64,000 nucleotides of DNA, taken from an uncultured Rhodospirillales bacterium. GTDB taxonomy: Bacteria > Pseudomonadota > Alphaproteobacteria > CAZRBL01. Where the stretch lies: NCBI GenBank assembly GCA_964598335.1, contig CAZRBL010000011.1, positions 1,634-65,633 of the forward strand. The letters are read 5' to 3'. The translations under genes were made by a program, and so were the position numbers. Below are positions 13,328 through 22,477 of the stretch, piece by piece (the stretch's first letter is position 1; each line of letters starts with the position of its first letter). The notes beneath the pieces are model-generated. The model saw only the letters and a list, made by a program, of their open reading frames with translations. It was not told the DNA's origin and ran no database searches.

Positions 13328-13834
13328 TCAAACCGCGCCTTGCTGCGTTGCGTCGATCAGCGCGTCGGTCAGCAACAGCTTGGCTTTCTGTATCTCGCTA
13401 AAGGGCAGAGTGAAGGCCCCTTTATCGGTGGTGATCTCAATTGTCGTGCCGTCGGGCGTCTGGCTCGCGCCGCCGAGCACACCGGTGAAGCGGCGGCGCC
13501 CGTCGATCGGCGCAATCAACTCGACCTTGGCTTCGAAACCGGCAAAACGCTCGAAATCCTTGGCCCGAGTCAGCGGCCGGTCAATGCCGGGAGAACTGAC
13601 TTCCAGCCGGTAGGCATTCTTGATCGGATCATGAACATCGAGAATCGCCGAGACGGTCTCGCTGATCTCCGCGCAGTGATCGACGGTCATTTCCCGCCCG
13701 TCGACAGGTTCGGCCATGATCTGCAATGTCTGCCGCTGATCGCCGCTGAGCTGCACACGCACCAACTCGAAACCCATCCCGTTAAGGCTGGGTTCGATCA
13801 TTTCGGCAATCTTGCGGCTGCGCGGGTCTTGCAC
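13328..13834 (-). CDS. rimP: Ribosome maturation factor RimP
   Basis: LEVSSPGIDRPL motif; first gene of the operon. GTG start at 13834 is inferred. Confidence 0.93.
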   Translation of the reverse strand: MQDPRSRKIAEMIEPSLNGMGFELVRVQLSGDQRQTLQIMAEPVDGREMTVDHCAEISETVSAILDVHDPIKNAYRLEVSSPGIDRPLTRAKDFERFAGFEAKVELIAPIDGRRRFTGVLGGASQTPDGTTIEITTDKGAFTLPFSEIQKAKLLLTDALIDATQQGAV

Positions 13835-13903
13835 GGGTCGGTGTTGCTCTTGGCTTCGGCGGTAAATTGCGCTTTTCTCAACCGGCAGGTTCACCGGGCA
13901 GCG

Positions 13904-13956
13904 CGCCAACAAAAAAGCGGGACGCCAACAAAAAAGCGGGCGCGCGGCCCACTCTT
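13904..13956 (-). promoter_or_regulatory. rimP-nusA leader terminator/attenuator-like hairpin with duplicated U-tract half
   Basis: Minus strand GAGTGGGC-cgcgc-GCCCGCTT-TTTTGTT. The 18-mer cgccaacaaaaaagcggg is directly repeated at 13904-13921 and 13923-13940. Confidence 0.5.
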
Positions 13957-13986
13957 CAAAAACAGCGAAACTGTCAGTCGAGAACA

Positions 13987-14751
13987 ATGCTCAACATACC
14001 CCATTTGCCGAATTTCGCAAGGGGCGGCAGCGCATCCGGTCTTTGCCTTGTTCTGATCATCGCGCTGGCCGCTCCCGCGGCCGGCCAGCATGCGCAACAT
14101 GATCATGATCACGGTCATCATCACGATCATCATCACGGATCCGCCGACGCCGGCGATATCGAGGCGTTTTTCGCCGATGTTGCCGCTCGCCTTCCCGGAA
14201 ATTTCACCAACCAGGCGCAGATCGATGCAGCTGTCGCGGACGGCAATGCCGATGCCGAGAAAGATCGTCGCTTCATGCGTATGACCAAGGTAACGGCGCC
14301 GGCGCTCGGAGAGCATGTCTATTATCTCGAATGGCGCCGCCCGGATGCCGATGGCGCCATCAGCCGCCAGCGGATCTGGAGTTTTCATGCGGATCAGTCA
14401 GGCGCGCCGCGGATGAAATTCTTCACCATTCGCAATCCCGAGCCGCTGGCGGGGCAGCCTGCCGACTCGGCCGTCTTCGCCGGTCTCCGCACGGACGATC
14501 TGATCGGTTATCCGGAAGCCTGTGATGTGAATTGGTATCGGACCGATGACGGCGTCTGGCATGGCCGTATTCCTGCCGGTGCCTGCACCATCGTGACCCA
14601 GCGAACCGGCAGAACGATGACCATCGATGCGCATGTCGAATTGCTGCCGGACCGCTTTCACTATGATGAGGCCGGTACGCTGGACGGCGGCATCGTCGCC
14701 TTTGATGTGCCCCAGACGCTGACACGATTCGAGGCGATGCGCACGGAGTAA
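13987..14751 (+). CDS. CpcT/CpeT-like (T-type bilin lyase fold) exported protein with His-rich segment
   Basis: Signal-like LCLVLIIALAAPAAG, then HAQHDHDHGHHHDHHH, then LPGNFTNQAQ..YYLEW..RQRIWSF..ACDVNW..GACTI pattern of the CpcT family (recalled). Confidence 0.6.
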   Translation: MLNIPHLPNFARGGSASGLCLVLIIALAAPAAGQHAQHDHDHGHHHDHHHGSADAGDIEAFFADVAARLPGNFTNQAQIDAAVADGNADAEKDRRFMRMTKVTAPALGEHVYYLEWRRPDADGAISRQRIWSFHADQSGAPRMKFFTIRNPEPLAGQPADSAVFAGLRTDDLIGYPEACDVNWYRTDDGVWHGRIPAGACTIVTQRTGRTMTIDAHVELLPDRFHYDEAGTLDGGIVAFDVPQTLTRFEAMRTE

Positions 14752-14933
14752 CCGCCCATTCGGGTGCAAGCAGACCGATCTTGCCGCCCGGCGCGTCGAA
14801 AGTGCCGTTGTGGCCCTCGCGACGGGCTCAAAACGCCAATCGAACAAGCCGGAAGAAAAGGCGGTTGTGGCGGCACCGTCACCGGTGCGCCTCTCAACGA
14901 TGCTGACCCAGCCGTTCTGCGCCGGTATCCTGA

Positions 14934-17108
14934 TCAGACCCCTTTGCGCTTGCGCGCCTTGCGGCGCTGTTTGCGCTTGGTGTCGCCGCCGAGGGTGAGG
15001 GCGCGGGCGTCGACCTTGGCGCCGTCCATCGAGACCAGATCCTGGTTTTCGATGCGTTTGAGTTCGTCGCGATAGCGGGCGGCGTCTTCGAAATCGAGAT
15101 TGGCGGCGGCCTCGCGCATCTTGGTCTCAAGCTGCTTTTTGTAATCGTCGAGATCGCTGCCGGCCAGATGCACGACATCGCCGGTATCGGTCTTCACCGC
15201 GATGTGGTCGCCGCGTTCGTAAACGCTTTCAAGAATGTCGGCGATGTTCTTCTTGATGCTTTGCGGCGTGATGCCGTGTTCGGCGTTGTATGTGGCCTGC
15301 TTCTCGTGGCGGCGGGCGGTTTCGTCCATCGCCGCCTTCATGCTGTCGGTGATCTTGTCGGCATAGAGGATGGCGCGGCCCTCGACATTCCGGGCCGCAC
15401 GGCCGATGGTCTGGATCAGCGAGGTGCGGGAGCGGAGATAGCCTTCCTTGTCGGCATCGAGGATCGCGACCAGCGCGCATTCGGGGATATCCAGCCCCTC
15501 GCGCAGCAGGTTGATACCGATAAGGACGTCAAACGTCCCGAGGCGCAGATCGCGGATGATTTCGATCCGCTCCAAGGTATCAACATCCGAATGGATGTAG
15601 CGGACCTTGATCCCGGCCTCATGCATGTATTCGGTCAGCGCCTCGGCCATTTTCTTGGTCAGCGTGGTGACCAGCGCCCGGTAGCCTTGCTCGATCACCG
15701 AACGGCATTCGGCCATCACATCATCGACCTGGTTCTCGACCGGGCGGACGATGCAAACCGGGTCGATCAGCCCGGTCGGGCGCACAACCTGCTCGGTAAA
15801 GACGCCGCCGGTGCGTTCCAGCTCCCAGTCACCGGGGGTGGCTGAAACAAAGACGGTTTGCGGCCGCATCGCCTCCCATTCCTCGAATTTCAGCGGCCTG
15901 TTGTCCTTGCAGGACGGCAGGCGGAAGCCGTAATCGGACAGGGTCGATTTGCGCCGGAAATCGCCGTGATACATGGCGTGTAGCTGCGGCACCATGACAT
16001 GGCTTTCATCAAGGATCAGCAGCGCGTTTTTCGGCAGATATTCGAACAGGGTCGGCGGCGGGTCGCCGGGATTGCGGCCCGACAGATAGCGCGAGTAATT
16101 CTCGATCCCCTGGCAGACGCCGGTCGCTTCCAGCATTTCGAGGTCGAACTGGGTGCGCTGTTCCAGCCTTTGCGCCTCCAGCAGCTTGCCCTCGGCGTTG
16201 AATTCTTCCAGCCGGATCTTGAGGTCGCGCTTGATTCCCTCAATGGCCTGAATCATCGTCGGGCGCGGCGTGACATAGTGGGAATTGGCATAGAGTTTGA
16301 CGCTGTCCAGCCTCTGGATTTTCTTGCCGGTCAGCGGGTCGATCTCGGTGATCGCCTCGATTTCATCGCCGAACAGTGACAGCCGCCAGGCGCTGTCATC
16401 CATATGGCTTGGGAAGATTTCGATAGTGTCGCCGCGGGCCCGAAAGGTGCCGCGCACGAAGCTCTGATCATTGCGCTTGTATTGCAGCTCGGTCAGCCGT
16501 TTGAGCAGGTCCTGGCGGTTGATCCGTTGCCCTTTGGAAAAGGCCAGCGTCATGGCCGAATAGGTTTCGACAGCGCCGATACCGTATATGCAGGAGACCG
16601 AGGCGACGATGATGACGTCATTGCGCTCGAGCAGGCCGCGCGTCGCGGCATGGCGCATGCGGTCGATCTGCTCGTTGATCGTGCTCTCTTTCTCGATATA
16701 GGTGTCGGTCCGGGGCACATAGGCCTCCGGCTGGTAATAATCGTAATAGGAGACGAAATACTCCACCGCATTGTCGGGGAAGAAGGATTTCATCTCGCCA
16801 TAAAGCTGCGCGGCAAGCGTCTTGTTCGGCGCCAGAATCAGCGTCGGGCGCTGAATCTCCTGGATGACATGCGCCATGGTAAAGGTCTTGCCCGAGCCGG
16901 TGACTCCCAGCAGCACCTGATCGCGTTCCCCCTGATCAAGGCCGGCTACAAGCTCGGCAATCGCCTGGGGCTGATCGCCGGCCGGTTTGAACTCGGACTC
17001 GACGCGCAAGGGCTTGCCGCCCTCGATCGATGGCGGGGTATCGAGCACGCCGATGAAGTCGGCATCGCTATGCGGTTTGCGGGCGGAGGGCTGAGCCGTA
17101 TCGGGCAT
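14934..17108 (-). CDS. uvrB: Excinuclease ABC subunit B
   Basis: [52 protein letters not shown]. Confidence 0.98.
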   Translation of the reverse strand: MPDTAQPSARKPHSDADFIGVLDTPPSIEGGKPLRVESEFKPAGDQPQAIAELVAGLDQGERDQVLLGVTGSGKTFTMAHVIQEIQRPTLILAPNKTLAAQLYGEMKSFFPDNAVEYFVSYYDYYQPEAYVPRTDTYIEKESTINEQIDRMRHAATRGLLERNDVIIVASVSCIYGIGAVETYSAMTLAFSKGQRINRQDLLKRLTELQYKRNDQSFVRGTFRARGDTIEIFPSHMDDSAWRLSLFGDEIEAITEIDPLTGKKIQRLDSVKLYANSHYVTPRPTMIQAIEGIKRDLKIRLEEFNAEGKLLEAQRLEQRTQFDLEMLEATGVCQGIENYSRYLSGRNPGDPPPTLFEYLPKNALLILDESHVMVPQLHAMYHGDFRRKSTLSDYGFRLPSCKDNRPLKFEEWEAMRPQTVFVSATPGDWELERTGGVFTEQVVRPTGLIDPVCIVRPVENQVDDVMAECRSVIEQGYRALVTTLTKKMAEALTEYMHEAGIKVRYIHSDVDTLERIEIIRDLRLGTFDVLIGINLLREGLDIPECALVAILDADKEGYLRSRTSLIQTIGRAARNVEGRAILYADKITDSMKAAMDETARRHEKQATYNAEHGITPQSIKKNIADILESVYERGDHIAVKTDTGDVVHLAGSDLDDYKKQLETKMREAAANLDFEDAARYRDELKRIENQDLVSMDGAKVDARALTLGGDTKRKQRRKARKRKGV

Positions 17109-17194
17109 GTTTCATACATAGCGCCGTGCCCCGGCGGTTGAAGCTGCGCCGGTCGTTTCGTAGGCTGAGCGGAAAGTTCCTCACGAGTCTGCGG

Positions 17195-18187
17195 ATGCCC
17201 CAGCCCTTATCCTTTTCCGACGCCGATCAAACACGGTTTCGCGATTTTCTCGTCGACAGTTTCCCCGGCTTTACTGCTGAAAAAGCCATGCAGGTTGTTG
17301 ATGACGTGCAACAGACGGGGCTGGCGCGAGCTTATGGCTACGGCTCGCTGGTCGATAGCCCGCACACCGAGATCGATAACAAGGTGCCGGCCTCGCTGCC
17401 CGGGTGGAAAAAGGGCTTTGTCTGTCAGGATACGCATTACCGCGGCACCACCGACAAGCCGGGTATGACGCTGGGCCTCAATGATAGCGAGGATCCTGCG
17501 GCGCGGACCGAGGGTGCGGTCCTCGAAAGCCGGGTGCGCGATGTCGATCAGGCGATCGATTTCTTCGACAGGCTGGCTCAGCGCGAAATACCGCCGGGCA
17601 TGGATATCTACACCTTTGATTTTCTCGAGGTGGAAACGGCCAAGGGGCCGATCCGCGGCATGGTCTGTGTCGCCAACAAACTCAGCGAACTCTATGTCGG
17701 CGACCGTCTCGATCCACGTGAAAAGGGCACGCTGGTCGCTGAGCGACTTGGCGATGAGCGATTCGATGAGAATGGCGAACCGCTCAACGCCGAGAAGGGA
17801 CGGCGGACGAATTTCCAATACGTCCAGAACGCCATCACCAATGATATCGAACTCGGCCGCGAGCCGGATCGCGATATGCTGGAAGTGTTTCTCGAGGCCG
17901 GACGGGCGCGGCAAGCGATGGATGCCGACCGCCGGCGCCGCTATGAGGCGCTCGAATTGCCGCTCACCGATGCCCAGCGCGGCGATGTCGCGGCGGCCGC
18001 CCGCCGTGCCGATGTCATGTCCGAGGCCAGGCTGTCGGAAGCGCTGGACGGGATGTCGCCGCTGCCGCCCCCGGGCGGCCCGCGCATCGGTATCGTCGCC
18101 AAACCGGCCCTGCCGCATCAGGGCGCAAAAAACGCCGCTGCCGAATGGCCGAGGGCCAAGGCGCCGAGCTTTCCGAAAAAGCCTTAG
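17195..18187 (+). CDS. ChaC-like gamma-glutamylcyclotransferase with long C-terminal extension
   Basis: YGYGSLV, GWKKGF..DTHYRGT.DKPGMTLGL, and conserved Glu in LAQRE. About 130 extra residues ending KAPSFPKKP. Confidence 0.78.
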   Translation: MPQPLSFSDADQTRFRDFLVDSFPGFTAEKAMQVVDDVQQTGLARAYGYGSLVDSPHTEIDNKVPASLPGWKKGFVCQDTHYRGTTDKPGMTLGLNDSEDPAARTEGAVLESRVRDVDQAIDFFDRLAQREIPPGMDIYTFDFLEVETAKGPIRGMVCVANKLSELYVGDRLDPREKGTLVAERLGDERFDENGEPLNAEKGRRTNFQYVQNAITNDIELGREPDRDMLEVFLEAGRARQAMDADRRRRYEALELPLTDAQRGDVAAAARRADVMSEARLSEALDGMSPLPPPGGPRIGIVAKPALPHQGAKNAAAEWPRAKAPSFPKKP

Positions 18188-18193
18188 GCTCCG

Positions 18194-18562
18194 ATGATCG
18201 GCTTGATCATTGTCGGGGACGAGGCCCTCGTCGCCGGCCTGGCGGCTGAGGAGCAGCGCCTGCTCAGACTGGCGGTGACACGAGAAAAACCGGTGGACAG
18301 CCAACGTCAGACATTACTCGAACTGATCGGCCGCGCGGATCACGGCGAGGGCGTTCTGGTGCTCGCCGACGGCGAAGATCAGCTCGCCGCAAGGCTGGCG
18401 CAATCGCTGATGGATCAGGCGCCGATCGCCCTGGTGTCCGGTTTCAATTTGCCGATGCTGCGGACCGCGGTCGAGCATTGCCATCGCCTTCCCCTCGGCG
18501 ATCTTGCCGTCATGGTGCGCGATGCAGGGCGCCGCGGCATTGTGATGACGGTGATTGAATGA
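18194..18562 (+). CDS. PTS EIIA (mannose-type)-like protein lacking the phospho-acceptor His
   Basis: MIGLIIVGDEAL (family: MIGIVIVTHG), GVLVLAD, LVSGFNLPML. Confidence 0.65.
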   Translation: MIGLIIVGDEALVAGLAAEEQRLLRLAVTREKPVDSQRQTLLELIGRADHGEGVLVLADGEDQLAARLAQSLMDQAPIALVSGFNLPMLRTAVEHCHRLPLGDLAVMVRDAGRRGIVMTVIE

Positions 18563-19347
18563 GTGATGCCGTCCCGCTTGCCGTGACCCGCTATGACGGT
18601 CCGAGTGATGCGTTGCCCTTGATCATTTTGCACGGGCTGTTCGGCAACAGGCGCAACTGGGCGAGGCTTGCAAAAGAGTGGGCGGCTGAGCGCCGGGTGA
18701 TTTGCGCCGATCTGCGCAATCACGGTCAATCGCCATGGACTCCCGACATGGACTATCCGGCGATGGCCGGGGATATAGCCGCGCTGATCGAGGCTGAGAC
18801 GAGTGGAAGGGCTCTGTTGCTGGGACACAGCCTGGGCGGCAAGGCGGCCATGATGACGGCGCTGACGTGGCCGGACAGCGTCGCCGGCCTGATCGTCGTC
18901 GATATCGCGCCGGTCGCCTATGACCGGCCTGGTCTGGACGGTGTCGACGCGATGCTGTCGGTCGATCCATCGGCGGTTGACGGTCGGGCTGCGGCGGATC
19001 GTGCCCTGGCGCCGATCGTGCCCGATCCGGCCATGCGTGCGTTTTTGCTGAGTAATCTGGAGCGAAATGATGCCGGCGGCTTTCGCTGGCGGGTCAATCT
19101 TGACGTGATTGCCAAGAGCCAGACGGCACTGCTGGGTTTTCCCGATAGTCCCCGACGCTATTCAGGGCCGGCTCTGGCAATCGCCGGTCAGCGCTCCGAT
19201 TACGTGACCGGGCCGGGTATCGATGCGTTCCGAGACCTCTTTCCAGCATTCCGCCTGGAGTGCGTCTCGGAGGCCGGTCATTGGGTTCATGCCGACCGGC
19301 CGGAAGAGGTTGTGCGGCTTGTTGCGGATTTCGTTGAAACGCTCTGA
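18559..19347 (+). CDS. Alpha/beta hydrolase (YbfF/ABHD11-like esterase)
   Basis: LHGLFGNRRNW, DLRNHGQS, GHSLGGK, DIAPV, AGHWVHADRP. Confidence 0.9.
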   Translation: MSDAVPLAVTRYDGPSDALPLIILHGLFGNRRNWARLAKEWAAERRVICADLRNHGQSPWTPDMDYPAMAGDIAALIEAETSGRALLLGHSLGGKAAMMTALTWPDSVAGLIVVDIAPVAYDRPGLDGVDAMLSVDPSAVDGRAAADRALAPIVPDPAMRAFLLSNLERNDAGGFRWRVNLDVIAKSQTALLGFPDSPRRYSGPALAIAGQRSDYVTGPGIDAFRDLFPAFRLECVSEAGHWVHADRPEEVVRLVADFVETL

Positions 19348-19351
19348 TGCC

Positions 19352-19414
19352 TTAGGCGACGATGGCGCCGGCAGTCATGATGGCGACGGTGAAGAACATG
19401 AAAATCGCGGGCAT
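19352..19414 (-). CDS. 20-aa hydrophobic small ORF (MPAIFMFFTVAIMTAGAIVA)
   Basis: Translated by hand; AGGAGAGAGAC directly precedes the ATG; fills the space after the hydrolase stop. Confidence 0.5.
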   Translation of the reverse strand: MPAIFMFFTVAIMTAGAIVA

Positions 19415-19544
19415 TGTCTCTCTCCTGAACATTGGCCCCTGTCATGCTGATCGGGGCCGGTTGGTTGCTGTTGAGAGTGTTATGACGGATGCCTTCCGAA
19501 CGGTCTGTGAAGGGCGTAACACGCCGAAACTTTCCTCGAAATTT

Positions 19545-19967
19545 CTATAAAAGCCCAAGTTTTTGAAGCTCTTGCAGCATCTCGGGCGGCATGTCGGCCA
19601 GTGCCCCGCCGCCCAGATCCTCCGGCGTGTCCTTGGCCTCGAAATAACGCCAGCCCTGAAAGGCTCGGCGCGGCGTCGGGCGCACCGTGATCAGGTCCGG
19701 GTCCAGCCGCAGCAGGGCGTAGCGACGGCCGTTTTCATCATGCTCGATATCGATTGCCAGCAACCGGTTACGCGCCTGAATGGTATGTTTGATGATCCAG
19801 TAGACCGATCCGCCGTCGAGCAGCTCTTCGGCGCGCTTCGGAATCGAGCGTGTGAAGGCAACCGGGCAGGTGCGTCCCTGAAACGGCATGGCATACTGTT
19901 TCTGCCGCTGCCGCAATCGCGGAAGATCAGGGCAGCCTGCTGCCGGACGGAGCAGGTGAAGCGTCAT
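19545..19967 (-). CDS. DUF1489 family protein
   Basis: PKRAEELLDGGSVYWII and RRAFQGWRY motifs. Confidence 0.85.
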   Translation of the reverse strand: MTLHLLRPAAGCPDLPRLRQRQKQYAMPFQGRTCPVAFTRSIPKRAEELLDGGSVYWIIKHTIQARNRLLAIDIEHDENGRRYALLRLDPDLITVRPTPRRAFQGWRYFEAKDTPEDLGGGALADMPPEMLQELQKLGLL

Positions 19968-19983
19968 CTTCGCGCGAATGACG

Positions 19984-21156
19984 CTAGGGCTGCGGGGCGT
20001 CTTTGGCTAAGTCTTGCGCCCTGCGTGACGGGCCGGCCGGCGGCGGCTTGCTGCCGGGTTTCGGCTGATTGGCCGGGAAGATGAGGAAGTCGCGGGCCGT
20101 CACCGGTGCGCCGTCTTCACCCACCGGGCACGAATCGGGATCGCCGCCGGCATTGATCATGCCGTTCGCATGATCGAGCCGTCGTGCCAGATCGTCCCGC
20201 ATGCCGGACCGATACCAGTCATTGACCAGGGCCAACCGGCCGGTGCCCTCAATGAAATTGCGACCGTCGGGCAAAACACCGATATCGGACAGCCAGGCGC
20301 TGTCGGGCTCGACTCGCGGGCAGCCGGCGGCGGCAACATAGGCGTATTGATAACGCTCCATCATCCGCACGATCTTGCTGTCATAGGCGGCGCGGCGTTC
20401 GGGCAGGGCAAACCATTGGTCGAAAGCGGCCCTGATCGCCTTCAGCGGACGCATTTCCTCCGCGCCGCGGCTGCGGCGCCGACGCATCTCATAAGCCTCG
20501 GCCAGATCGGCATAGGGCGCGTCGCGGCGTGCCTGCTTGCTGCGATAGCTTTTCCACGGGCCGTCATGACTCGCTTCCTTCAGCTCGAAGCAGACATGAA
20601 CGGCCATCGCCTCGGCGGCGGCTTCGAGCATGCGCTGCACCAGAACCTCGTTTTCCGGCGCAAGGTTGACCCGCAGCCATTCGCCGCTGTGGTCCTGCCA
20701 GACATGAAACAGCTCATGCGCCAGGCTCGCGACCTGTTCCTCCAGCGTGCCGGTGTCGCTGATCCCGACCAGCTTCGGCTCGCTGTCGGCGGCATAATAT
20801 CCGAGCACCTCTTCACTGAGGTCGGAGATCACCATCACGCCCGCTGTCTCCGCCGCCTTGAGCAAAGCGCGGCCGTCGGGAATTTTATCGAGGAGATCGA
20901 TGGCGGCGCGCAGGCGACGGCTCTGCTCGGGATGTTGCAGCGCCTGGCGCGCATGAGCGGCGACATCAGCAATCTCGGGCTCTTTCGAACCGCTGTCCCG
21001 GTCGCGTGCGAGCAGCCGCCGCGGCCGGGATGAGGCTGCGTGCGCCTGCCGCGGCGGCGGCAGGTCCGATAAAGCAGGAGGTTCGGTCGGGAACATCAAG
21101 GGATAACGCACGCTGATTCCATAACGCTCCCATTGTGCGGTGAATCGGGTCTGCAA
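19984..21156 (-). CDS. HExxH putative zinc metallopeptidase (DUF6782-like)
   Basis: SLAHELFHVWQ followed by RMLEAAAEA; Pro/Lys-rich tail. Start uncertain. Confidence 0.6.
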   Translation of the reverse strand: MQTRFTAQWERYGISVRYPLMFPTEPPALSDLPPPRQAHAASSRPRRLLARDRDSGSKEPEIADVAAHARQALQHPEQSRRLRAAIDLLDKIPDGRALLKAAETAGVMVISDLSEEVLGYYAADSEPKLVGISDTGTLEEQVASLAHELFHVWQDHSGEWLRVNLAPENEVLVQRMLEAAAEAMAVHVCFELKEASHDGPWKSYRSKQARRDAPYADLAEAYEMRRRRSRGAEEMRPLKAIRAAFDQWFALPERRAAYDSKIVRMMERYQYAYVAAAGCPRVEPDSAWLSDIGVLPDGRNFIEGTGRLALVNDWYRSGMRDDLARRLDHANGMINAGGDPDSCPVGEDGAPVTARDFLIFPANQPKPGSKPPPAGPSRRAQDLAKDAPQP

Positions 21157-21296
21157 GGCAAGGACTTGGAGCAGGCGGGCGCTACAGCTTCGGGTTGCTG
21201 CTTGTCACTTTCGCTTGACATGGGTCCCGTTATCGTTCCTTTGAAATCCGATAACGGCAAAAATCCTACTCCGCTAAGGGTTGGAAGCGGGTTGAG

Positions 21297-22106
21297 ATGT
21301 CAGAGCACAGCACCCCAATGCGCAGCGGCTCGGCGGCTTCGGTTTTCCTGAGCGGCCTGCAGGAGCGTTTTGCGCTCGAAGCCGACGCCTTACTGACCCC
21401 TGAAATCGAAGCCGGTGAACCGCTCGCGGCGGACCGGCTGCGCGCCTTGCTCAGCAAGGTATTGCCGAATCGGCTGGCGGTTTCGAGCGGCCGGATCGTA
21501 TCCTCCAATACCAAGCTCAAGGCGACCGCGCCCTTCGACGTCGTGCTCTATGACAGCACCGTCAATGCCAGCGTCTACAGCCAGCTGATCGCCGGCGGCT
21601 TTCCGATAGAGCTGGTTTACGCCTCGGTGCTCTTCGTTGACGTGCTGACGCCAGACAATGCGCGCGAGGCGCTGAAGCAGATCGCCGATTTGCGCCTGAT
21701 GGCGCGGCGCGGCAAATACTATTCGGCCTATGTGCCGATCGAAAAACCCAATGGCAAAAAGATCGTGAGTTTGCGCGAGCTGCGACTCGATTCCGAGCCG
21801 CGCACTTATCTTGTCTGCGGCGATGTCAGCGGCGGCGAGGGCAAGGCGGCCGCAGCGAAATGGGAGAAGCTCGACGGCATGGCCAAGCAGCTCAAGGACA
21901 TTGTCGGCGAGGAAGAATCGGCACGATTGCACGGCCTGCTGGTGCTTTCCCGCAATTGGTTCCTGTACCAGCCGACGTATAAGAAGCGGGTCGAATACAG
22001 CAATGACAATGCGCTATTGCGCTTTTGTCACAAGATCACGATCGATCTGCACAATTACGAAATGCACCCGATCTCCCTCGACCGGTACTTCAAGACCGTC
22101 AGCTGA
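21297..22106 (+). CDS. DUF6602-like protein (PD-(D/E)xK-type fold), catalytic ExK apparently lost
   Basis: LRALLSKVLP..LAVSSGRIV..FDVVLYD..FPIELVYASVLFVD; the family normally reads AVIEVK at the last segment (recalled). Confidence 0.5.
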   Translation: MSEHSTPMRSGSAASVFLSGLQERFALEADALLTPEIEAGEPLAADRLRALLSKVLPNRLAVSSGRIVSSNTKLKATAPFDVVLYDSTVNASVYSQLIAGGFPIELVYASVLFVDVLTPDNAREALKQIADLRLMARRGKYYSAYVPIEKPNGKKIVSLRELRLDSEPRTYLVCGDVSGGEGKAAAAKWEKLDGMAKQLKDIVGEEESARLHGLLVLSRNWFLYQPTYKKRVEYSNDNALLRFCHKITIDLHNYEMHPISLDRYFKTVS

Positions 22107-22189
22107 CGGCTGCCGGTCAAGGTAAGGCCCGGAGCTGCAAGCGCCGAAGCCGAGGGTCATAGCTTAAGCCCGAGACCGCTCGCGGCATG

Positions 22190-22320
22190 TTAGCGCGTTT
22201 TCGTTTGTTTTTGATCCGGTCCGCCCCTGCACCCCCGCCCCGCCTCCCCAGACAGGATACTTGCAGGGGAGGCGGGGCGGGGGTGCCGGGGTGGACCGGA
22301 ATGATCGGAAAATGCTCTAG
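22190..22320. mobile_element. 131-bp MITE/REP-like hairpin element, copy 1
   Basis: Ends TTAGCGCGTTTTC...GAAAATGCTCTAG; about 35-bp internal inverted arms; near-identical to 56848-56978. Confidence 0.8.
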
Positions 22321-22406
22321 CTCAAGGTGAATGCGTGCGCGTAAAGCGCTGCAAACATCACGGCAAAGGCGATGCCTGAGGCAATCGCCAGACGTTGAAA
22401 TGTCAT
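22317..22406 (-). CDS. 29-aa single-TM small ORF (MTFQRLAIASGIAFAVMFAALYAHAFTLS)
   Basis: Translated by hand; GGGAG RBS upstream; TAG stop lies within the CTAG end of the repeat element. Confidence 0.5.
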   Translation of the reverse strand: MTFQRLAIASGIAFAVMFAALYAHAFTLS

Positions 22407-22477
22407 ATGGCGGGCTCCCTACGACCTAGCTCCTAACTTGACTCGCAGCTTATCAGTTGCGGCGTTTGGCGTCCAGA

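Noticed and set aside
22107-22189. Possible ncRNA/riboswitch after the DUF6602-like gene
   Set aside because: GC-rich and could fold, but I could not match it to any family; needs an Rfam/Infernal scan.
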